In this document: piece after piece, positions 9,801-16,962 of the stretch
How the letters are laid out: every line of letters begins with the position of its first letter
Position numbering within the stretch: the first letter of the stretch is position 1
DNA from: Candidatus Vogelbacteria bacterium RIFOXYD1_FULL_44_32
Lineage (GTDB): Bacteria > Patescibacteriota > Minisyncoccia > Phycocordibacterales > XYD1-FULL-46-19
NCBI GenBank assembly: GCA_001823065.1
Contig: MHTJ01000003.1
Coordinates: 106,869-170,868 of the forward strand
Direction of reading: 5' to 3'
DNA: 64,000 nt
Translations under genes and position numbers: made by a program
The notes under the pieces: model-generated
Databases searched by the model: none
The model's input: the letters and a program-made list of their open reading frames with translations, nothing else
Told to the model about the DNA's origin: nothing

Positions 9801-11677
9801 GTGATTTACTGCAGGTCCATATTGACTCGGCCAATCGGTCTTTGCGAGACTATTTGGAAGTTTTAGCTTTAGGAGAAGATGTTTTAAACCAAGCCGAAGA
9901 CGAAGGGTTTGACTCACTCCAAACAGAAGATGAGCAATTACTGAAGGCCGTATTTGCCAAACTGCGAACCTTGTTTGAGGTTTCCCAGTTGGGTTCTTCG
10001 GCCGAGGTTGGTCCCCTTGCCGACCCAGATCTTCAAAATCAATATGAAAAGTTAAAGCAAAGTTTGAAAGTTGGACCAGGACAAAAGATTACCGACCGAA
10101 TCACCGATATGTTTTTGCGCCCGATTGGCGCCCGGACAATGGGCGAAGTTTTGGAGCGGATGAAGTCGGCTAAAGAGCTAGCCCACCAGCGCAATGTTGA
10201 AGCAGTCCAGCAAGCTGACCACGGTTATGTAGAAGTGGCACCGGGGGACCTCTTGAAAGGGGTAAGAGCCGAGTTTATTGAAGATATTTTACAAAATGGT
10301 TCGGTGGCCAAAGAATTTTTAGGGGGCAAAGCCGAATCTGACGCCACCCCTTTTGATACAGACGTAAGCCAAGTGTTGGTCGAAGATTTTACGGAGACGG
10401 ACAATGTGCGCACTAGATTTGCCGGAGCAATCGGAAAGTCTTTGGCCACTGGTTATGGCCCTCTTCTCTTCTTAGTCAAAAATCATGGGCAGTTTTCCGC
10501 TGGGCCTAACAAAAAAGCGCAGTACGAGCTTTTTGGGGCTGGGGGTGGCGATTTGGCCACTGCTCGTCATTGTGGAATTAGGACTGGTTTTGCCACTACC
10601 GAAGTCGATGCCATTATTGCCAATGATCTGGAGGGCAAAGTACCAGATAATTTGTATTTTGAAATCAGCCAAAATGGCTATTATATACCGGTGGCCGATC
10701 GGACAGGGAAAATTATTTTTACACCTGAAATGTATGACGAGAAAAGAAAAACCTTTGCTGGGTTAGATAGGTTTGACGGACCACCGCTTGCGGTAGCAGA
10801 GACAAAGCCAGAAGAGGCTCATTATAATGAGATCCAAAAAACTAAGAAAAAATCTTACGAATCTCAGACTTTATCACAAGAGGCGATGAGGGTGATAAGC
10901 GACTCGGTCCGCGAGACCTTAAGCGAGGCGGGAGTTAACCTGAAAAATCGCTTTGACACGGGAATTTTGGGTGCTCGTCTCGAAGACATTGGTTCAACTG
11001 GTCGTGGTACCAATCTTGATACCCATTTTGACTTTGATTTAATGCTTAGTCTCGACGCTAATGATTTTCCTAAGGCCGAAACGATTGCCCAGCAGCTGAT
11101 ATTAGCTTGTCGTTATGAAGGCAATGACTCCCATGTGGATCAAGGGGGTTACTATCAATTAAGACTAAAAGGGGTTAGGGAAATAGCCGGCCGAACTTTT
11201 GCTGAGCCAATTGATCTGGATATCGGTTTCAATCGCAGTGCCGATGTTAAGATTTTTGGTACCCATGAAGCTATTAAAGAAAGATTGGATTGGATCGAAG
11301 AGACCGTGGGTGCAGATACTAAAAATGAAGTGGTGGCTAATATTGTTTTAGCCAAGGAAGTTCTAAAAGCTGGTCATTGTTATAAAAAATTAGAAGATGG
11401 TGGTATGGGTGGTGCGGGTGTAGAGAATTGGATTTTAAAGCATGAAGGAAATTTGATTAAAGCTTTTGAAGCGTTCCTGACCGCGGCCACCGATGACAAA
11501 GGGCAGGTGGTTTCCCTGGAAAAATTTAGAAAGAATTATGACATTACTGATCCGGGAATAAATACTAAATATCTAAAGCATGATAATTTTATCTTAAATC
11601 TAAAGCCAGAGGGCTATCAAAAAATGGTGACAACCATAACTGATTATTTATATATTGGCGGGTTTTACACTGCCTAA
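6890..11677 (+). CDS. giant protein with C-terminal class I (pol-beta superfamily) nucleotidyltransferase and possible ART-like domain
   Basis: 1595-aa ORF; GSTGRGTNLDTHFDFDL motif, third Asp in DLDIGF, C-terminal LAKEVLK..H.YK...GG.GG.GVENWIL segment. Confidence 0.75.
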   Translation: MSSEKVKVDSNADEHEPTKEGELFLETENQDRDKIVFNQKKDREQEEQEERLQYLADQAEEDFHQLKLQDIKDKLLKKEEPLPDIVKVPNLQSVRQEQKTAKKSFQQKIKDKMVDTVLGKDYRKESAWIYYLEKNIPVKKYIRESIAVSDGGAEAVIAKHQAEEYEVTDDYVIHMGEEPTREISFAKEMPYVMAKPQNEFDRGDQDKLRSYLHLRHDPVEVTELLKLAGREVFANNFVEHNYYFGKTMRELIDTPHIVEVLQWLIQVGVTFDYIYDSYLEKLCSSPYVEKLTPQLASAVRATVGGETKHLMYMLPDCLDRNIFEGEHAGEDFQIIRKFGFELFDKLDEVGLLGEARKLVGQGIFKIEKLFDEFKSKNFSGNNDSQARLETFANIINSSALQSLEKDEGAMAIAKKLHRLVGIQIEPTDPDLEKLKILETDPTAMAVAGVLNRLSGADHFFGDLDDFVKIMGDKRAVESLCDEKAIDFVSRFIKQYHYRLGLSDFTPPYSIFDIPNQLDQEKLLAADTVALYEKLHTLGYNLNLCKLDVFMGMVENKDQWQEILADDIYTELLRSILKKSSLEDIKDVLLIEQVEAKLLNQLSTAFDYSINEDYAKSDRSYVTALLSHPEQIEALFEPQRIALIKHLNRRTRGFGYYVGGFHLRELNSYMKIPLETLRIFELFDKTDGNTVGSSEIDLIKQLVGYKNEEILKAVSILENLLLVEKSNGPSSGSEKFKFRLESDSLRTVLEVLQNGFTVTDLQKLQDFWLKKYGDSYGRHYTLEDKQVKASRDILQYLPQLVAFEKDEANLEAIYQEISEYLGSFRGDLDLFTVDKIVKIRDIGLLEVFRKIKDDQRVVQFVYANVDKYSEIPPEKIEDYISVIIKINQSPSQEIQRLKNSLMGEIMATSDPVAAYDKIEQVFVKNNLPLVGKVYKIFEIIHPAAVLAQQVKKCPSPELKKKRGRAVQATFLSDLLQVHIDSANRSLRDYLEVLALGEDVLNQAEDEGFDSLQTEDEQLLKAVFAKLRTLFEVSQLGSSAEVGPLADPDLQNQYEKLKQSLKVGPGQKITDRITDMFLRPIGARTMGEVLERMKSAKELAHQRNVEAVQQADHGYVEVAPGDLLKGVRAEFIEDILQNGSVAKEFLGGKAESDATPFDTDVSQVLVEDFTETDNVRTRFAGAIGKSLATGYGPLLFLVKNHGQFSAGPNKKAQYELFGAGGGDLATARHCGIRTGFATTEVDAIIANDLEGKVPDNLYFEISQNGYYIPVADRTGKIIFTPEMYDEKRKTFAGLDRFDGPPLAVAETKPEEAHYNEIQKTKKKSYESQTLSQEAMRVISDSVRETLSEAGVNLKNRFDTGILGARLEDIGSTGRGTNLDTHFDFDLMLSLDANDFPKAETIAQQLILACRYEGNDSHVDQGGYYQLRLKGVREIAGRTFAEPIDLDIGFNRSADVKIFGTHEAIKERLDWIEETVGADTKNEVVANIVLAKEVLKAGHCYKKLEDGGMGGAGVENWILKHEGNLIKAFEAFLTAATDDKGQVVSLEKFRKNYDITDPGINTKYLKHDNFILNLKPEGYQKMVTTITDYLYIGGFYTA

Positions 11678-11885
11678 TTAAAATTTTTAAATATACCCAT
11701 AATAATCGAATTTGATAGAAAAGAGATACAGGTGCCCAAATACCACCACCAGAAAACCGATGTTAAGAAAAAATTGGCCAAATATTTTTCTAAAATAATT
11801 GTGACTAGTGGGGGCAAAGAAAACAGTAAGGTCAACTATTCCGGCCAGATAAAAAGCTATGATATTTGGGCGGGGAAGTAGGCAG

Positions 11886-11913
11886 TTGACAAAGGTCTGA
11901 TTTTTGGTATAAT
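11886..11913 (+). promoter_or_regulatory. sigma70-like promoter
   Basis: TTGACA-16 nt-TATAAT upstream of an SD-led ORF. Confidence 0.55.
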
Positions 11914-11961
11914 TAGAGATGTACGTGGTCATTAACTTTTGTAAAGAAAGGAGGTGAGACT

Positions 11962-12222
11962 ATGTTAACACAGGAAAGACGGGGCGAGATTGCCCTGGCG
12001 TTGCTGAAAAGGCACGTCCGGAAAGATCGCCGGATACCGCAAGATTTCCGGCGCGAAATTGGGGAATTTTTGAAAGATAATCCCCAATTGGTGGAGGCCG
12101 AGGTTCTGTATCTTATGCAGGAGGTTCTGCAAGAGGTGTTGAACGAAGCTTTCTCTATGGGGGAATTGGCCCCCGAGATGCCCAGCCGGTCGGGGAAAGG
12201 CGCGTTTGAATTCCGCGCCTAA
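11962..12222 (+). CDS. small hypothetical protein
   Basis: 86-aa ORF with strong SD (aaggaggtg) and own promoter. Confidence 0.75.
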   Translation: MLTQERRGEIALALLKRHVRKDRRIPQDFRREIGEFLKDNPQLVEAEVLYLMQEVLQEVLNEAFSMGELAPEMPSRSGKGAFEFRA

Positions 12223-12341
12223 ATCTCTCTGCCCATCACTCCAGCGCAAGGTGGGCCACAGTGGCCCCTAAAAGGGTAATTGTTTCTCCTCGCCCAAGAG
12301 GCGAGCTGGAAACAGAATAAGAACCTCTCCTCCGCTGGACG

Positions 12342-12373
12342 ACCCCACGAGCGCTTCGCGCTCGTGGGGTTTC
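12342..12373 (+). terminator. intrinsic terminator-like hairpin
   Basis: accccacgagcg-cttcg-cgctcgtggggt followed by T-rich tail. Confidence 0.6.
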
Positions 12374-12422
12374 ATTGTTTTAGCTACTTAAATTTTTTAA
12401 TCTAATATGTTAAACTGACCCT

Positions 12423-13148
12423 ATGACTGACACTAAAGAATCTAAACAAGAGCGTGATGCCCGCAAAGAGGCGGCGCGGGCGACCCGCCAAATGGGCTGG
12501 GCTGTATTTCTCGTGACGGGGGCAATTCTCCTAGTTTTTGCGGGGGTTTGGCTGACCAATCGACCAGAAAATACTGAGGACATAGGAGACGTGGCGACGA
12601 TTTCGGCCACTGACCACACCAAAGGGGCGACTACAACCCCAAAGGCGGTACTGATCGAATACAGTGACTTTCAGTGCCCAGCTTGCGCGGCTTATGAACC
12701 TTTGGTCAATGAACTGGCATCAACCTATGGCCCCCAAGGTTTAACTGTGGTTTATCGCCACTATCCACTGCCTCAGCACAATAAAGCGCTGTTAATGGCT
12801 AAAGCCAGTGAAGCGGCCAGTGGTCAAGGTAAGTTTTGGGAGATGCACGACCTTATTTTTGCCGAGCAAGCTGATTGGTCTAAAATTAGTGTAGCGGAAG
12901 TTGAAAAAACAATTACTGCTTATGCTAAAAAACTTGATTTAGATTTAACTAAATTTAATACGGCACTAAACAGTAAAGTCGTAGCTAACAAAATTCAAGC
13001 GGATGTGGCGAGCGCTAAAACTGCCAAGGTGGTGGGCACCCCAACCTTTTTCCTCAATGGTCAAGAAGTGGTTGCACGCACCAGCGAGGATTTTGCCCGT
13101 TTGATTGAACAATCTTTGGCGACAACCACGGCCAATGCCAAACTCTAA
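12423..13148 (+). CDS. dsbA: membrane-anchored DsbA-family oxidoreductase
   Basis: N-terminal TM, EYSDFQCPAC, GTPTFFLNG. Confidence 0.9.
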   Translation: MTDTKESKQERDARKEAARATRQMGWAVFLVTGAILLVFAGVWLTNRPENTEDIGDVATISATDHTKGATTTPKAVLIEYSDFQCPACAAYEPLVNELASTYGPQGLTVVYRHYPLPQHNKALLMAKASEAASGQGKFWEMHDLIFAEQADWSKISVAEVEKTITAYAKKLDLDLTKFNTALNSKVVANKIQADVASAKTAKVVGTPTFFLNGQEVVARTSEDFARLIEQSLATTTANAKL

Positions 13149-13596
13149 CCTAAAACAAAAATTTAGTGGTATCAGTCGGGTCCAGTTATTCATCACAACC
13201 CTAGTTTTTTCTTTGGTGGGGATTTTGGATACTTCCTATCTTTTAGCGGAAAAGATTTTGGGTGGGACGGTAAAATGTATTGCCGTTAAAGGTTGTGACA
13301 CGGTTTTGCAAAGCTCTTATTCCACTTTGTTTGGTTTTGTACCGGCCTCCCTCGCGGGATTTATTTTTTATATAGCGGTCTTTATCCTCGCTTTTTATCT
13401 ATGGAGTAAAGGGGGTAAGGTTCAAAGGGGAGAAAATATACTTTTGGTTTTAGCGGTATTAGGGCTACTTTTTTCTGGTTGGTTTTTCTATGTCCAAGCC
13501 GTTATTTTGCAGGCTTTTTGTACTTATTGTCTTATTTCCGCTTTTAATACTGTGCTGATCTTTGGCTCAATATTTTGGTTGAGATTTAAAAGTTAA
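13135..13596 (+). CDS. vitamin K epoxide reductase (VKOR) family protein
   Basis: C..VKGCDTVLQSSYS and FCTYC motifs, multiple TM; next to dsbA. Confidence 0.9.
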   Translation: MPNSNLKQKFSGISRVQLFITTLVFSLVGILDTSYLLAEKILGGTVKCIAVKGCDTVLQSSYSTLFGFVPASLAGFIFYIAVFILAFYLWSKGGKVQRGENILLVLAVLGLLFSGWFFYVQAVILQAFCTYCLISAFNTVLIFGSIFWLRFKS

Positions 13597-13805
13597 AAGT
13601 GCTAAAAAATTAAAGCGACCACAGGCTGGTTTTTTTATTTGGTGGTGTTTTTAGCTTGCCGTTTAAGGCCCGTACCAGGTCTAGCTTGCCTTTTTGCTGG
13701 TCGTGTTTTTTGACTGGGTATTTATCCCCCAAAAATTTGGTTGGACCGCGGTTGAGTAATATAATATTTGTTACCAATTATAAATTTTTACTCTAATTTT
13801 ATATT

Positions 13806-16112
13806 ATGTCACCAGAGTCATTGCACCTCGTTGGGATTATGAAAAGAAATGGTACTATCTTGCCTTTTGATGCGGTGAAGATTCAAAATGCTATCTGGAA
13901 GGCCATGAAGGCAACCGGTGAGGGTGATGAACAAGCGGCCGAAAAGGTAACAGCAACAGTTTTGGCCGAACTAGCCAAAAATCAAGCCAAAGTTAGTGGC
14001 AAAGACTATCTTCCCGGAGTGGAAGAGATCCAGGATTTAGTGGAAAAAGCGCTGATTTTGGAACAATTTCCAGTGGTGGCTAAAGCTTATATTTTATACC
14101 GCGAACGGCGGTCGGAAGCGAGGCGGGAGCATGGTGATATTCCAGATAAGGTCAAAGATTTTGTGGACCGCAGTAAGCAATATTTTAAAAATCCCTTGGG
14201 CGAATTTGTTTATTACCGGACCTATGCCAACTGGATTGAGGACGAGGGTCGGCGCGAGACGTGGATTGAAACCGTCGAACGGTATATTAGTTTTATGCAG
14301 GAAAATATGGGCGCGCTTTTGACTGAGGCCGAATATGATGAAATTCGTCAAACTATTTTAAAACAAGAAGCGATGCCCTCGATGCGCCTGATGCAGTTTG
14401 CCGGCAAAGCGGCTCGGGCGACCAATGTTTGTGCCTACAACTGTTCTTATATCGCCCCGACCAAGCTGGAAGATTTTGCGGAAATTATGTATGTGTCAAT
14501 GTGTGGGACGGGCGCTGGTTATGCGGCAGAAAGTCAAAATATTCAACAGTTGCCCATTATCAAAAGACAAACTGGGGAAAAAATTGCCACTCATACAGTG
14601 GAAGATTCCAAAGAGGGTTGGTGTAATGCTTTAACTTTAGGCTTTAAAACTTGGTATGACGGTAAGGATGTTGATTTTGATTTTTCTCAGCTTCGGCCGG
14701 CGGGAGCGCGCCTAAAAACGATGGGGGGCAAGTCATCTGGCCCGGAACCCTTGCGTCAACTTTTAACTTTTACCCGTGACCATATTTTACGTAAACAAGG
14801 TAAGCGCCTATCCAATCTTGATGCCCACGATATTATTTGTAAGATTGGGGAAATTGTAGTGGCGGGGGGTGTCCGGCGCAGTGCCCTCATTTCCTTGTCA
14901 GATTTTGATGATACAGACATTCGTGACGCCAAGAAAGGTTTGTTTTGGATTACTGACCCCCAGCGGAGTCTGGCCAACAACTCGGCCGTGTACAATGAAA
15001 AGCCCACCGCCTCTGATTTTCTGGCTGAGTGGACCGCTTTAGTAAAGTCGGGCACAGGCGAGCGAGGTATTTTCAATCGGGGTGGTTTGAAGACCTCGAT
15101 GCCCGAACGTCGGCGCAAGATTTCGGCTAACCATTTTGATAAATTTGGCACCAATCCGTGCGGGGAGATTATTTTGCGCTCAAAACAATTTTGTAACTTG
15201 TCGGAGGTGGTGGCCCGAGCGGAAGATACCGAAGAGACTTTGCTCAAGAAAATACGCATCGCGACCATTCTTGGCACTTACCAATCGACGCTCACTAAGT
15301 TTCGTTATTTGTCGGATGAGTGGCGCCAAAACTGTGAGGAAGAACGGCTATTAGGGGTGTCGATTACTGGTCAGTGGGACTGTCCCGCAGTGCGCAATGC
15401 TGAAACTTTGCGCAAAATGCGTGATTATGCCATCGAGGTGAATAAAGAATATGCCAAACGTTTTGGGGTCAATGAATCCACTTCTATTACCTGTGTTAAA
15501 CCATCGGGCACGGTGTCCCAGACGGTAGACGCCGCTTCGGGGATGCATCCTCGGCATGCCGCCTACTATATTCGCCGGATTCGGATTTCCGCGACTGATT
15601 CTTTATTTAAGATGTTAAAGGACCAAGGAGTGCCTTATAACCCGGAAGTGGGACAATCATTAGAAGGAGCGACCACTTATGTGCTAGATTTTCCCGTCAA
15701 AGCGCCGGACAATAGCACTTTTAAAGATGATTTGTCAGCTCTAGAACAATTAAAGTATTGGCAAATGCTCAAAGAAAATTATACCGAGCACAATCCCTCG
15801 GTGACGATTTCGGTGGGAGAAAATGAGTGGATTGTCGTGGCCAACTGGCTGTATGAAAATTGGGAGATGATTGGCGGTCTATCTTTCTTGCCCCGCAGTG
15901 AGCATGTTTACCAGCTTGCTCCTTACGAGGAAATAGACGAAGCCCGCTACCAGGAGTTGGTTAAGGGTTTTGCGGATATGGATTTTTCTAAAATTATGAG
16001 CTACGAATTAAAAGATGAGACCGAGGTGAAAAAAGAGTTAGCTTGCGCCGGGGGGACTTGTGAGATTGAAATACCAGTGGATATGTCAGCCACTAGTAGC
16101 CAATCGGCCTAA
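13806..16112 (+). CDS. nrdJ: class II (adenosylcobalamin-dependent) ribonucleotide reductase with ATP-cone
   Basis: N-terminal ATP cone, YNCSY, TNPCGEI, VKPSGT, C-terminal CAGGTCE. Confidence 0.9.
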   Translation: MSPESLHLVGIMKRNGTILPFDAVKIQNAIWKAMKATGEGDEQAAEKVTATVLAELAKNQAKVSGKDYLPGVEEIQDLVEKALILEQFPVVAKAYILYRERRSEARREHGDIPDKVKDFVDRSKQYFKNPLGEFVYYRTYANWIEDEGRRETWIETVERYISFMQENMGALLTEAEYDEIRQTILKQEAMPSMRLMQFAGKAARATNVCAYNCSYIAPTKLEDFAEIMYVSMCGTGAGYAAESQNIQQLPIIKRQTGEKIATHTVEDSKEGWCNALTLGFKTWYDGKDVDFDFSQLRPAGARLKTMGGKSSGPEPLRQLLTFTRDHILRKQGKRLSNLDAHDIICKIGEIVVAGGVRRSALISLSDFDDTDIRDAKKGLFWITDPQRSLANNSAVYNEKPTASDFLAEWTALVKSGTGERGIFNRGGLKTSMPERRRKISANHFDKFGTNPCGEIILRSKQFCNLSEVVARAEDTEETLLKKIRIATILGTYQSTLTKFRYLSDEWRQNCEEERLLGVSITGQWDCPAVRNAETLRKMRDYAIEVNKEYAKRFGVNESTSITCVKPSGTVSQTVDAASGMHPRHAAYYIRRIRISATDSLFKMLKDQGVPYNPEVGQSLEGATTYVLDFPVKAPDNSTFKDDLSALEQLKYWQMLKENYTEHNPSVTISVGENEWIVVANWLYENWEMIGGLSFLPRSEHVYQLAPYEEIDEARYQELVKGFADMDFSKIMSYELKDETEVKKELACAGGTCEIEIPVDMSATSSQSA

Positions 16113-16128
16113 AACCTATATTATTTTC

Positions 16129-16170
16129 AAGCCAAAAAACAACCACCAGAACCAGGGGTTGTTTTTTGGC
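16129..16170 (+). terminator. terminator-like hairpin after nrdJ
   Basis: agccaaaaaacaacc ... ggttgttttttggct inverted repeat. Confidence 0.5.
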
Positions 16171-16192
16171 TAAAATATGTTACAATTAACCT

Positions 16193-16638
16193 AGTTTGTT
16201 GTTGGATGATCGCTCGATGAGGTTTTAATTATCTCATAGGGAGGAAAGTCCGAACACGTACTTTAATTTTTTAAAGTAACCGGGTAGCAGGTAATACCTG
16301 TCGCGCGCAAGCGCCGAGGTGCGAACAGAGACGCCTAGAGGTGAAAACTAAAAGGCACCCCACCCGCCTGACGGCGGGTGGGGTGAGCTCTATCGAAAGG
16401 TAGAAGTTGAAACGGCCAAATCCTTACTCACGTGCAAGATCGTATTCTCAATGCTTGGCATTGAGTCTGTATCGCTCGAGGTGATTGGTGACAATCATCC
16501 CAGATAAATGGTCATCCCCTGTGGAATAAAGAGTTTAAAGTTTAGAGGTATAACAGATTCAGGACAACTGTCAGTGTCTGTGAATATTTTGAACTTTTTA
16601 TTCCACAGGGACAGAATTCGGCTTATAGACAACAAACT
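16193..16638 (+). ncRNA. rnpB: RNase P RNA
   Basis: GAGGAAAGTCCGAAC, GCGAACAGAGA, TGAAACGGCCAA, AGATAAATG and ACAGAATTCGGCTTA conserved regions; P1 agtttgttg / caacaaact. Confidence 0.95.
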
Positions 16639-16679
16639 AAAAATATGAAAAAACCCAGCCTCACGGCAGGGTTTTTTCT

Positions 16680-16919
16680 TTAGGGTAACAATTCGCGTTT
16701 ACTTTTTTTGGTTTGGCCGAGGGTTGCGGCGAGTTGAGCCACAGCGCTGGCCTCATAGAGGCGGTAGTTGGTGTTGGGTTGGCGCCTGGCTTTGAGCACC
16801 CCGTTTTTATCCCAAGCGCGAATAGTACTAGAACATTTGTTAAGCAATTCGGCGACTTCTTTGACTGACAAATATTGGGGGTGCCTAGTGTTTTGGCTTT
16901 TATTCGCGCTTGTTTTCAT
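16680..16919 (-). CDS. MerR-family HTH DNA-binding protein
   Basis: YLSVKEVAELL...TIRAWDKNG.L...R...NYRLY. Confidence 0.85.
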   Translation of the reverse strand: MKTSANKSQNTRHPQYLSVKEVAELLNKCSSTIRAWDKNGVLKARRQPNTNYRLYEASAVAQLAATLGQTKKSKRELLP

Positions 16920-16962
16920 AATTTAGTATAATAGAGAAAATCAATAATTAACCAAAATCACT

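Noticed and set aside
11687-11932. 81-aa minus-strand ORF
   Set aside because: No motif and it overlaps the promoter of the opposite gene; cannot be supported.
6890-12222. Canonical CBASS operon
   Set aside because: The NTase motif is present but no Cap effector or Cap2/3 neighbours are recognisable.
13597-13805. Cobalamin riboswitch upstream of nrdJ
   Set aside because: No B12-box or GGGAA core visible; region is T-rich.
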